A stretch of DNA of 64,000 nucleotides from Octopus vulgaris (Eukaryota): assembly GCA_951406725.2 (NCBI GenBank), contig OX597837.1:1116001-1180000 (forward strand), read 5' to 3'. Position numbers and translations under genes: made by a program. The notes below the pieces were generated by a model that had not been told where the DNA came from, made no database searches, and saw only the letters and a program-made list of their open reading frames with translations. Of this stretch, positions 1-12,223 are shown piece by piece; positions within the stretch are counted from its first letter, which is position 1; the number at the start of each line of letters is the position of its first letter.

Positions 1-30
1 TTACCACCACCAACCGTCACCGATACCACA

Positions 31-62
31 GCCACGTGGAACTAGTCACGTGACCAACGTGG
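31..62. promoter_or_regulatory. E-box cluster
   Basis: CCACGTGG (32-39), GTCACGTGAC (45-54) and the non-canonical AACGTG. Confidence 0.35.
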
Positions 63-251
63 AATGTGATATTGACACTTGTGCTCATTTGTGTTTTCAT
101 AGCGTTGTCACGACACCCAAAACAAATACAATTATATATATATGTGTGTGTGTCATTCATAAATATATATATAGATATACATATATGTATGTATGTATGT
201 ATATGGGTCTTTCATTGTCTCTTACTCACGGTGTTTTCTCGCTCTCTCTGT

Positions 252-308
<57 letters not shown>

Positions 309-748
309 GACTATCTCTCTCTGTCCCTCTCTTTGTCTTTTACTTTCTCTTTGTCTTTCTTTTCCTTTCTCATTGTTTCTCTCCCCCTCTCTATTTCCTT
401 CCCTCTCTGCTTCGATTATCAGTCACTATCTGTCTCTTTTCTCTCTCTCTCTCTCTCTCTCTCAGTCAACCTAGAACTACATTATCCAACGTGTCATTAT
501 GGAAGACGACATACTGTGATCTGAAAGAGATTTGGCTGGTCTTTCTAGCAAATTGTGTAAGCACCGCGAGAGCCAGTTCTGGGTTCCTGCAAAACCTTAA
601 TATAAATGTGTATCAGCTCTATTAAAAGTGGTGAATGTTCTTTTCTTCCACTTGTAGACACATCCATTGTGTGTGCGTCTATAAATATATGTACGGATAT
701 ATATATGTATATACATAGATACTTCTAAGTACAAATGCATATAGCTAC

Positions 749-841
<93 letters not shown>

Positions 842-914
842 TTATGCACGCACATATCTGCATGTAATGTACCACACACACGCATACATGTGTGTGTGTA
901 TATATAATACATAC

Positions 915-951
<37 letters not shown>

Positions 952-1344
952 AACGCACGTACGCGCGCGCTCTCTCTTACACCCTGCTGTAGTCAAATTA
1001 TATATACCCGCGTCTGTTTGTATATGTCAAGATAAACATCATTTCTATATCCTTGACGTGGCAAAATATTTTGTTAACAGATCAATATCTTCAAAGTCAA
1101 CATGATCCATATCTGCTTAACACACACGTTGAACCGATGAAAGCTTGTACGGAGCTAACTGTTTTTCTAGAAATAGCAGTCTGGTCTCCCTCAAATATCA
1201 GTTTTTTTCTCAGTGGGGAGGGTATGGAACTAAAAAGCTGAAAGGTTTAAATAACTATTTTCTGTGGTGTGGAGAAGAGCTTTATATGCAAAGTACGAAT
1301 TTTGTGTAGAATTGTATGGCTGTATAACAAGAGGTTAATATACA

Positions 1345-1491
1345 GAGGTGTGTAGAAATAGTGCATATTCCCAACCGCATGGTTCAGGGTTCAGTCTCAT
1401 AGCGTCGCACCTTGGCCAAGTGTCTTCTACTCTAAGCTTTGGGCCGATCAAAACTTTGGCTTTCATACACGGAAACTGAAAGAAGCCCGTC
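1345..1491 (+). mobile_element. SINE family A, degenerate 5' half
   Basis: GGTTCAGT B-box-like motif, CTTGGCCAAGTGTCTTCTAC and GGAAACTGAAAGAAGCCCGTC are shared with other copies. Confidence 0.8.
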
Positions 1492-1551
1492 CTCTCTCTC
1501 CACACATAGACACACACACATATATTTATATGGGGTGTGCTTTCTGTTTGT

Positions 1552-1605
<54 letters not shown>

Positions 1606-2411
1606 TATGTATGTATGTAAAGTGTGTTTGCCTGTTTGCATTGATGTAGATCTGTCAGTACACATCCAGTGCCAGGGTTGCTATCGGTTGTGTTTCATGT
1701 TAAAATGAAACAATTTCAAGAACACATCAGAACAGATCAATGCCTTTAGAACATTCGATGCTTTTGTTGTCCTTAATCCTGTCCTTCTCCCTCCACCTCT
1801 CTTTCCATTTGTATACGCTGTTATACACTAACAGGATTCTCCATACACAACATGAAGAATCCTGCTAGGTTCAGCCATCTTTGTTTTGCATCGATCTGTT
1901 TGAACAGCGGTCATTTTCATCTGTGTTAATCGATAACGTCGATCACATTACTTAGTCTCTACATTTTCTTTTGAATTCAGTTTGTCAAATGGCTAAGTCC
2001 ACATTAGTGTAATTGTTAATGGAAGTATATACTCACCAAACAACAGCTTTATTTTTGATTGGTGCATTACTTCGCCGATACATCCGCCATCTCCTCTGGA
2101 TATAGACACAAGTTTATAATCATTTGTTCCTTACGTACATTTCACCCTTGTGGTGGTTTTGAACGACAGCACCGGATGTTCCTAGAACATTTGATTCGTA
2201 TATCCTGAATATAGTAATAATACTAAACAGAGAAGCAACCAGACCAATATACTGGAAGCAGACAGGAGGAGGAAAATCTACATGAATCTTTGGACAAGGG
2301 GTTCGCATTTGGGGCCCATATAAGAGTTTTGGGGGTCCACAATGCAATCTAGTAAATTGGGGGTCCATGGTAGTGTTTCAGGAGCCATGTAAGAACTGTG
2401 CTTAAGACCAA

Positions 2412-2574
2412 GGCGTAGGAGTGGCTGTGTGGTAAGTAGCTTGGTTGCCAACTACATGGTTCCGGGTTCAGTCCCACTGCGTGGAACCCTGGGCTAGTGT
2501 TTTTTATTATAACCTCGGGCCGACCAAGGCCTTTTGAATGGATTTAATAGACGGAAACTGAAAGAAGCCCATCG

Positions 2575-2620
<46 letters not shown>

Positions 2621-2829
2621 TGTGTGTATATAAGTTTGTGTGTCTGACCCCGCCAACATCGCTTCACAACCGACGCTGCTGTGTTTACGTCACCGTAATC
2701 TTGTGGTTTGGCAAAATAGACCGATAGAATACTACGAAGCTTACAAAGAATAAGTTGTGGGGTCGATTTGTTCGACTAAAGGTGGTGCTCCAGTATGGCC
2801 GCAGTCAAATGACTGAAACAAATAAATGA
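2412..2829 (+). mobile_element. SINE family A (tRNA-headed, internal TA/TG microsatellite), full length
   Basis: GGCGTAGGAGTGGCTGTGTGGTAAG head, GGTTCAGTCCC B-box, central microsatellite and tail CAGTATGGCCGCAGTCAAATGACTGAAACA. More than 10 related copies in the window. Confidence 0.9.
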
Positions 2830-2871
2830 TTCATTTTAAACAATACACAAAATGTTTCTAAATATTTTTTC

Positions 2872-3250
2872 TTGTTTTCTTTCACTTGTTTCATTCATTT
2901 GACTGCGGCCATGTTGGAGCACCACCTTTAGTCGAACAAATCGATCCCAGAACTTATTCTTTGTTAGCCTAGTACTTATTCTATCGCTCTCTTTTGCCGA
3001 ACCGTTAAGTCACAGGGATGTAAACGCACCAACATCGGTTGTCAAGAAATGGTAGAGGAGAAATACACACACACATACATATATACACGACGGGCTTCTT
3101 TCGGTTTCCATCTACTAAATCCACTCACAAGACTTTGGTCGGCGCGAAGGTATAGTTGAAATCACTTGCCCAAGGTGCCACGCAATGGATCTGAACCCAG
3201 AAACATGTGGTTGGTAAGCAAGCTTCTTACCACACATCCAATCCTGCGCC
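2872..3250 (-). mobile_element. SINE family A, full length
   Basis: Reverse complement of the 2412-2829 copy. Confidence 0.9.
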
Positions 3251-4187
3251 TATTTTTATATACAACTTTCTATATCCTGGTGTTGGATAAATAATTTAAC
3301 GAAGCAAGAGCAAGAAGTATTTACATGATACACTTCTATTACCGTTACACGAGACTCAACGCTATCAATTGACGGTTCGCAGTGAACTGCTTCCCCTCAA
3401 TTGCTCACAGTTTTTATTTTATTTTATAGCAATGTGTCTGGTCACTTTTAGTCACTTGTGGTGTGGTCGGAATCCTCCCACAAAACAATTTCTGATTATA
3501 TTTAATTCTGAAAATATTGGAGCAATTTTTAAAAAATTGAATAGCTACGGGGTTCACCCGGGTAAAATAGGATTCTAAGGAGCTCGTGGGCAGAAAATGG
3601 TTGAGAGCCTCTGCTCTAGACTCTCAGGAAGCATTCGTACATCTATCTCTACACAAAAGATTATATGTGTGTGTTCAGGCACACACGCATATTAGAGGAC
3701 AAGAAACAATGTATTGACAACTGTTTGTGTCTGACAGAGGAAGAACTGGTGTTGAACGACTTCGAATTACGTCTAGTATCACTCCACGTGCGCGCACTTA
3801 CACTGACCTATACATACTGACCTATACATACATGCACATATACTCATACATATACATTATGCAGACATACTTTCATACACACATACATTATGCATACAAT
3901 CTGTCTCTCTCTCTCTCTCCCTCACACACACACACAGGTATCTCTTGTGACAGGCAGAACAATACATGTGCTGTGAATGATAAAATACGATGCATGCATC
4001 TGTTTTGTGTAATATATTTTGTTTAATATATACATACATCAGTTAACCGTGTGTGTGTGTGTGTGTCAGACAATTGTCATAACTTTAAAAGTTTCTAACT
4101 CCTGGTTAAATATTCATTGAGTCTACTGTGATGGTAAATTCATCATTTTCAGGCGAAATAAAAACTTTTATGCTACGCACGTCTTTA

Positions 4188-4243
<56 letters not shown>

Positions 4244-4245
4244 TA

Positions 4246-4311
<66 letters not shown>

Positions 4312-4822
4312 TAAGCTCGCTCCCCGTCGTTCGATGTTGCAGATGCAATCGTTCGATTAATTGAAAAACCTGCTTCTGTATCAATGTATATAAGTGCCTG
4401 AATAGTTGATATTGGTGTGTTACCTTAACGATCAGGCAAGATCAACATGACGCTATATATTACAAGGCTGTAGCTTTGACTGTTTGTTTTCTTTTTTAAT
4501 CAAATGTACAATGCAATTAAAAGGGCTTCTACACAGTTTCTCTCCAAAGAATGCTTCGTACGGAGCATTCCAAGGTTATAGAAAAGGGCAAGATACCAGG
4601 CAGCGGTTTCGAACCTACCACCTTCTGTTTGTGAATTCAGCTTGTTGACCATTTTGAACAAAAATGTATCTACATAAATAGAAGCAAACACACACACACA
4701 CATACACACACACACGCAAACACAAACACACACACACACACACACACACGCAAACACACACACACAAACACACACACACACACGTTTGTATGTGTGTATA
4801 GATATATACGGCTTGGTAAGTG

Positions 4823-4862
<40 letters not shown>

Positions 4863-5334
4863 CATTTCTATCTATATGTAAGTGCATGTATATGTATATA
4901 TATGTTTATATGCTTGGAAATATTTATATATACTCTATGTAGGTGTATATGTGTCTGTTTCCTTTTATACACGCACACACACGCACACACACATGCATGT
5001 GTGTGTGTGTTCAATTTGCTGTATTTCCGCTCAAAGTCTGATTTGTCCTTACATCAATAAATGAAACTCCTTAGTAACGCAACTTTCGTTGCTAGCGAGA
5101 TCTAAGTATTAATCAAACACAATAAATACGTCAACCAATCAATTAGTTTATTCTTTAGCATTTAATCCGATATCAATCAATGAATCTTTAATTGTTCAAT
5201 GTTTCTTTTGTATCAAGTGTCAGATTTATGATCAACGACCAGAGTTCCTCTTGGCCATTCGTTTCATTTTCCTTTGTTTAGCGTATATATATACATCAAA
5301 TTCTTTTATATGAATTGACGCGCGTCGTGTGTGC

Positions 5335-5610
<276 letters not shown>

Positions 5611-5839
5611 GTATGTATGTATGTGTGTGTGTGCGCGTGTGCGTTGGTATAACGGAAACAGGGTTTCAAAAAGTCAAGCAAAGTTCACAGTAACCCCTCC
5701 GTACGGCTAGCAAGAAGGCAGTAGTTGATTTTCGGGTGGGGAATTAATATAACTGTTGTACTGCAAATTTGGGATTCACTGTGGTAAACAGTGATTTAAT
5801 AATCAATTTTATCGTTTAATTTTATAAAACTTGGTCTTT

Positions 5840-5990
5840 GTGGCTTTGTGGTAAGAAGCGTGCTTCTCAGCAATATGGTTTCGATTCAGTCCAATTACGT
5901 ACCACCTTGGGAAAGTATCTTCTGCTATAGCACGGGCCGGCCAAAGCCTTGTGAGTGGATTTGGTAGACGGAAACTGAAAGAAACCCGTC

Positions 5991-5995
<5 letters not shown>
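5840..5995 (+). mobile_element. SINE family A, 5' half
   Basis: Head through GAAAGAAACCCGTCG, followed by (TA)n. Confidence 0.85.
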
Positions 5996-6040
<45 letters not shown>

Positions 6041-6041
<1 letters not shown>

Positions 6042-6374
6042 GCGCAGGAGTGGCTTGCTAACCAGCCACATGGTTCCGGGTTCAGTCCCGCTGCGTGGCA
6101 TCTTGGGCAAGTGTCTTCTGCTATAGCCCCGGGCCGACCAAAGCCTTGTGAGTGGATTTCGTAGACGGAAACTGAAAGAAGCCTGTCGTATATATGTATA
6201 TATATATATGTATGTGTGTGTATATGTTTGTGTATCTGTGTTTGTCCCTCTAGCATTGCTTGACAACCGATGCTGGTGTGTTTACGTCCCCGTCACTTAG
6301 CGGTTCGGCAAAAGAGACCAGTAGAATAAGTACTGGGCTTACAAAGAATAAGTCCCGGGGTCGATTTGTTCGAC
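6041..6374 (+). mobile_element. SINE family A, 3'-truncated copy abutting the previous copy's (TA)n
   Basis: Starts GGCGCAGGAGTGGC and ends at GGGTCGATTTGTTCGAC. Confidence 0.9.
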
Positions 6375-7191
6375 GCCTCAGACAGTTTGAATTATTCTAT
6401 TGGTTAAAATTGTCAGATTTTATACTTTTTATTATATTTGTAAATGCAATTTATTTTATAAATTATGAATTTCATTTTAAGATATTGAGTTCTGTACTCG
6501 ACAATATCTAACCATTGTCTAACCATCAGGCTTCTGTTTTTACATAAATAGATTAGTACACACACACACATATATACATATGTGTGTGTTGTGTATAGAC
6601 GTATACCGGTATTCAGTTGATAAAATAAACGTCAATTTGATATAAATGTTGGCTTTCTTTACAATTATTTTATTATAGTCACACACACACATTTATTGAA
6701 TCTAAAATATTAAAAGTTACGTATCGTACACATATTTGCTCGCACACTTAGACACACACACAAACACACGTGTGTATGTACATATAAACACTAACACATG
6801 GACACTCACACATGCCTATATACTCCTGTATATACAAACAAATTTGATATAATTTTTCTTTGATTTTTTTTTCACATTCTTCCTCCTTTGCAGATATTTA
6901 TGCAGTCTAGACGTTGTGTGTTGTATATATATATATATATATATATATATAATGCCTCATACCTGTATGAATAAACAAATTTGCCACAAGTCTTGTTTCA
7001 TTGTTTTTCTCATACTCTTTCCTTCTTTCTTCTTGCAGGTATGTATTCTAGACCTTTCCATCGAGAACTAACAGATCAAAGAGGAATGTACAAGTATAGA
7101 TTAAAGGATTATCCTGGTTTGATGTATATTTCTTAACTCCATCTTTATTTATCATTTCGTTCATCTTGTCTGCCGCAACGAAAACAAGATT

Positions 7192-7235
<44 letters not shown>

Positions 7236-7477
7236 CACGCACACACACACACACATTCTGTGTATAGTGCGCTTGGTACGAATACCTGGAGGCACTGAAC
7301 TTTCCAATAGCTTCGGTAAAATATACATGCAGAGTTATCCGTTTATTATAATCACACACGTAGTGTTATCAAAAGTTTATTGTTATCATAGCTGGTGAGT
7401 CGCGAAGTATATTTTTTAAAAAGAGAATTCAAACTTTCTCGATTATTAAATTGAAAGATCTAGACGTTATCTTTTGT

Positions 7478-7860
7478 TTGTTTCAGTCAGACTGCGGCCA
7501 TGCTGGGGCACCGCCTTGAAGAATTTTAGTAAAACGGATTGATCCTATTACTTTTTTAATCTTTAACTATAATACTTAAGTTATCGGTCTCTTTTGCCTT
7601 ACTGCTAGGTTATTGAGACGTAAGCACACAAACCCCGGTTGTCAGACGGTCGTAGGGAACAGACTCGAATTCACACACATATGAGTTCGGCCGTACATAC
7701 ACACATACACATATGCAAACATGACGGGCTTCTTTCCATTTCCATCTACCATGTCCACTCAGATGGCTTTGGTCGGCCCAAGGTACCTCGCAGTGGGACC
7801 GAACCCGGAACCATGTGGTTTGTAAGCAAACTTTTTACCATGTAGTCAAACCTACGCCTA
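7478..7860 (-). mobile_element. SINE family A, diverged
   Basis: GACTGCGGCCATGCTGGGGCACCGCC ... GAACCCGGAACCATGTGG on the plus strand. Confidence 0.85.
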
Positions 7861-8541
7861 TTGTTTAATTTTATCAATTGGATATTGTAATAAACAACAC
7901 TCATTAGAAATGTCCACCATTCAACACACACGCACACACGGTAAGTTCATTCGGTTGCCCCGTTTAGCATGTTCCCCCGGTCCTTTCGGTGATTTCAAGC
8001 CAGTCCAACCAGCTGCAATCACTGGGGTCAGTTCTCCAGTTTGAAGGTACCTCTTGGAAACCCTAAGGAAAGAGTGATATTCCCTGTTTTTCCTCCTGAC
8101 TGTAAAACACACACACACACCGTTAAATGGGCGTATACGCTAGCAGGTATAATTCACGTATTGCATTCTTGGTAGAATTCCATTTCTGTGAACTGCAGGA
8201 ACACTGCATAATTGATTTGTAATATTTGTAAAAGGATGATAAATTGAAATACCTTAATCGATTATCTCTCGACCTGATTATATGACTGGTACTGTATCTT
8301 CCGAGACCCGGTTGGGTGGGGCGGGGTGGGACTGGAGTCTTATTGAATTTCAGTTGAAGGGGATGCATGCTACTGTTTCTCCTCTGCTGATATTTTTTGC
8401 CTTTTAATTAAATATTTCCATTTGTAAGGGTCATATGAGTTAGAGATTGGAGATCTATTCCAACGGAGAAACAGTATGCCTTTGGCCGGAGAGTGGAGTT
8501 TCATCATACGACTGTTTCTATTTATCAAGTTTGACCTGGGG

Positions 8542-8594
8542 CTAAACAAAAACATCATCATCAAAAAGAATTGATCGAGATTTCAGCAGTCCAT
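8542..8594 (-). CDS. Possible terminal coding exon of an unidentified gene (..GLLKSRSILFDDDVFV*)
   Basis: Minus-strand acceptor TGTTTGTTTTCAG, a protein-like 16-aa frame ending in TAG, and unique sequence downstream. No upstream exon identified. Confidence 0.2.
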
Positions 8595-8622
8595 CTGAAA
8601 ACAAACATGGCGCTCTCTCTCG

Positions 8623-8660
<38 letters not shown>

Positions 8661-9484
8661 CAGAGAGAGAGAGAGAGGCGGGAGAACATAGGAATATAAA
8701 CATATCTGTGAGAAGCGAAGTGTGTGTGTGTATATATATAATGTGTGTGTGTCTATGAGAGAGTGAGATGAGATCAGAAGCAGTCAGTTATCAAAATAAG
8801 GAGATCAATATTCGATAAATTATTCGATACCTACTACAAAGATGAAGTATTTAAACACAAAAATGTTACTTTGATAGCCTGTTTATCGACATTACACTTT
8901 TTCCATCTCCTCTTTCTCTTTCACTCTCTCTCTCTTCCAAGTGTTTCCCCCCACCCTATCCTTCCTCTCCTCCTTCCTTCTTCAACATCCACCTTCTCGC
9001 TCTTTGCTTGCTAAACCGTAAATTGAGCGGAATCTTCTTCGACAGACGATCTCGCATAATTGACACCATTTCAGTTGTAGGGTGTTAGTGGTTGGCGGAG
9101 TGGGGGCACGGCGTGGATGTAGGATGGGGTCGGGGTGAGATGGCGAAGTCTTATTCGGTGGTTCTTATGTTTGAAATGCCGGAATGTTTCGTTCGTGTGG
9201 TGTGGTGGGCATGTTAGGAGAGAATTATTGTACAATAGAATTTGTATTTTAGAAACGGTTGGCGTAATGATGATGTTGGTGTTGGGGTGTGTAGGGGGAT
9301 GGAAAAACATTGTTGGAAGGACAGAGAGGGGAGAGAGAAACACGGTGAGAGTAAGAGAGAGAAAGCATGTAGCTAGGGAAATGAAATGTAAAAGATACGA
9401 GAACACTGTGTATACAGATAGAGAGAGAGAGAGAGAGAGGGGGAGAGATGTTCTATGTGTGTGTGTGTATATATATATTCTACG

Positions 9485-9805
9485 GTACTCCGTCGGTTAC
9501 GACGACGAGGGTTCCAGTTGATCCAATCAACGGAACAGCCTGCTCGTGAAATTAACATGCAAGTGGCTAAGCACTCTACAGACACGTGTACCCTTAACGT
9601 AGTTCTCAGGAAGATTCAGTGTGAGACAGTGTGACAAGGCTGGCCCTTTGGAAAATGGGTACAACAGAAACAGGAAGAAAGAATAAAAGTTGTGGTGAAA
9701 GGGTACAGCAAGGTTCGCTCCCCTTCTACCGGAGCCTCGTCGAGCTATAAGTGTTTTTGCTCATAAAACGCTCACAACGAAACCGCGATCCTACGACCGT
9801 GAGTC
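9485..9805 (-). mobile_element. SINE family C (tRNA-headed)
   Basis: Reverse complement of the 62282-62650 copy (GACGACGAGGGTTCCAGTTGATCC...AAACCGCGATCCTACGACCG). Confidence 0.88.
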
Positions 9806-10085
9806 ATAGGATCATATGCGCACAAGGCCTCAAGAAATTGTTTGGTTTCTTCATCTTTCGAAAAACTTTATATGAGTGTGATCATGCACCAAAGGAGCAA
9901 TATAGTTACTGACCAGGTTTTTAATATTCTTTAGCAGTTAAATTTTGGTTAATCCTACTTTACCTCAGTTTAACTCATCTGTGCTGTATTTCTGATGTTC
10001 AGGTTTGGTGGCTGTTTTACTGCTAATAAATCCTACACAGTTAATCCTTTCTAATTGGTGGAATTCTATATAAAATGGTATAACT

Positions 10086-10370
10086 GGCACGCCGTCGGTT
10101 GCAACGACAAGAATTCCAGTTGACCCGATCAACAGAACAGTCTGCTTGTGAAATTAATGTCCAAGTGGCTGAGAACCCCACATAATCTTAACGTAGTTCT
10201 CAAGGAGATTCAGCATGATACAGAATATGACAAGGTTGTCCCTTTGAAATATAGATACTAGCTATTTTTTGCCAGTTGAGTAAACTAGAGGAACAAACAA
10301 TAAAGTGTCTCGCTCAAGGACACAGGGTGCCGCAAGGGATCGCACTCACAACCTTACAATCATGAGCCAT
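10086..10370 (-). mobile_element. SINE with family C 3' half and an alternative tRNA-like head
   Basis: GGCACGCCGTCGGTT...TTAACGTAGTTCTC...GACAAGG..CCCTTTGAAAT, then AAAGTGTCTCGCTCAAGGACAC. Confidence 0.75.
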
Positions 10371-10866
10371 ATATATTACTTACCATTCTATATAGAATGG
10401 TGTTTCTAATAACTATTTTTTTTTCTAGATTTAGTTTTGAATCGTCATGTGTTTGTAATGAATTGCTCCTTACACTAAAAGGTGAATCAACAGAGGGGGA
10501 AAAGTGATATTTTTGTGTATGGGCCAGATGTAACAAATGGGAATATGAACTTTATAACTGTCGGGTTTACACCGCCGTTTGTTCATATCGACCATGCTGG
10601 GATTTCGTTTGCCGGTCTCGAAAAATTATCTGCGTGCGCATGCTCAGGACAAGGGGATTTGCGGAAAACTGGCTATAACGCTTTCATGCAAGTCTGCCGA
10701 TGTTCTCCATGGGAAAGGTCAATATCTTGGCTTGATATAGCCTGGCAGCAATTGTAATAGCATTCGTTGCTGTCACAACGCAATAAGTACACGGAATCCA
10801 TAAGGGAATCGGAACTCATTCCTCCAGGCATTCTATCCCACTCGCAGACCAAACTGCCATGTCATC

Positions 10867-10867
<1 letters not shown>

Positions 10868-10897
<30 letters not shown>

Positions 10898-10955
10898 CAT
10901 ACATACATACATACATACATACATACATACATACATACATACATACATACATACA

Positions 10956-10985
<30 letters not shown>
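10868..10985. repeat. (ACAT)n tetranucleotide repeat
   Basis: Directly visible. Confidence 0.95.
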
Positions 10986-10988
<3 letters not shown>

Positions 10989-11183
10989 TATGAGTAACAA
11001 AGATGTACAGGTGTCAATTCATTATGGCCGTTTCAAGCGGGTCCTTTAATTGATTAATGAAAATATTACATCTATTTGAAAGAAACTATTCTCGTCAGAT
11101 GACCGTATAGACTTCAAACTGAAGTCCGCATAGAACTGATACTGAATGAATTGACACCTGTACATCTTTGTCACTCATTTATA
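10986..11183. mobile_element. Unclassified MITE-like element with ~34-bp terminal inverted repeats
   Basis: ATGAGTAACAAAGATGTACAGGTGTCAATTCATT (10990-11023) vs AATGAATTGACACCTGTACATCTTTGTCACTCAT (11145-11178), one mismatch. Confidence 0.75.
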
Positions 11184-11380
11184 TTCTGTTCACCTAATTT
11201 AGAATCTGCACTTCGGAAATACTATAGAAAGTACGTTTATGAAAAAAAAAATGTCTGAATTACCAACAGCGGATATCTTCACTTAGCTGGGTTGCATTGT
11301 CTGCACATACGGCTGGAATATCAGGTAGAAACACTCCAGCACGGAGATTTAATATTCAATATTCAATTGATATTGTTTGG

Positions 11381-11468
11381 GTGAGCGGATTATACCAACC
11401 TTGGAATGGTTGTGTGTCCGGATTATACCGACCTTAGAAGGATCGTGTGTCCGGATTATACCGACCTA
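11381..11468. repeat. 33-bp minisatellite, ~2.6 copies
   Basis: CGGATTATACC recurs at 11386, 11419 and 11452. Confidence 0.85.
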
Positions 11469-11562
11469 AGTACCAAATTCAAATGAATCTTAATTTTATA
11501 TTTATAAGAGAAATTAATAGTGTGATTAGATAGTGGGATAGAATACCTGGAGGAATATATCC

Positions 11563-12165
<603 letters not shown>

Positions 12166-12191
12166 GTCTTAATCTCTGTGTGTGTGTGTGT

Positions 12192-12223
<32 letters not shown>

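Larger units (their letters stand above)
2295..3613. mobile_element. Possible hAT-like remnant interrupted by two SINE A copies
   Basis: Repeated GGGGTCCA subterminal motifs at 2297-2370. Right end AAAATGGTTGAGAGCCTCTG is followed by CTCTAGAC, a hAT-like target. Left end not defined. Confidence 0.4.

Noticed and set aside
1829-1868. Small hairpin CAGGATTCTCCAT...ATGAAGAATCCTG
   Set aside because: The ~16-bp stem is too short for a pre-miRNA and has no associated element.
10480-10860. GC-richer unique block with a 91-aa ORF
   Set aside because: No recognisable domain in the frames examined. It may be an old TE fragment but I cannot support a call.
11381-11468. Regularly spaced ~33-bp repeats as a possible CRISPR-like array
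   Set aside because: The units are contiguous with no unique spacers, the context is eukaryotic, and there are no cas genes.
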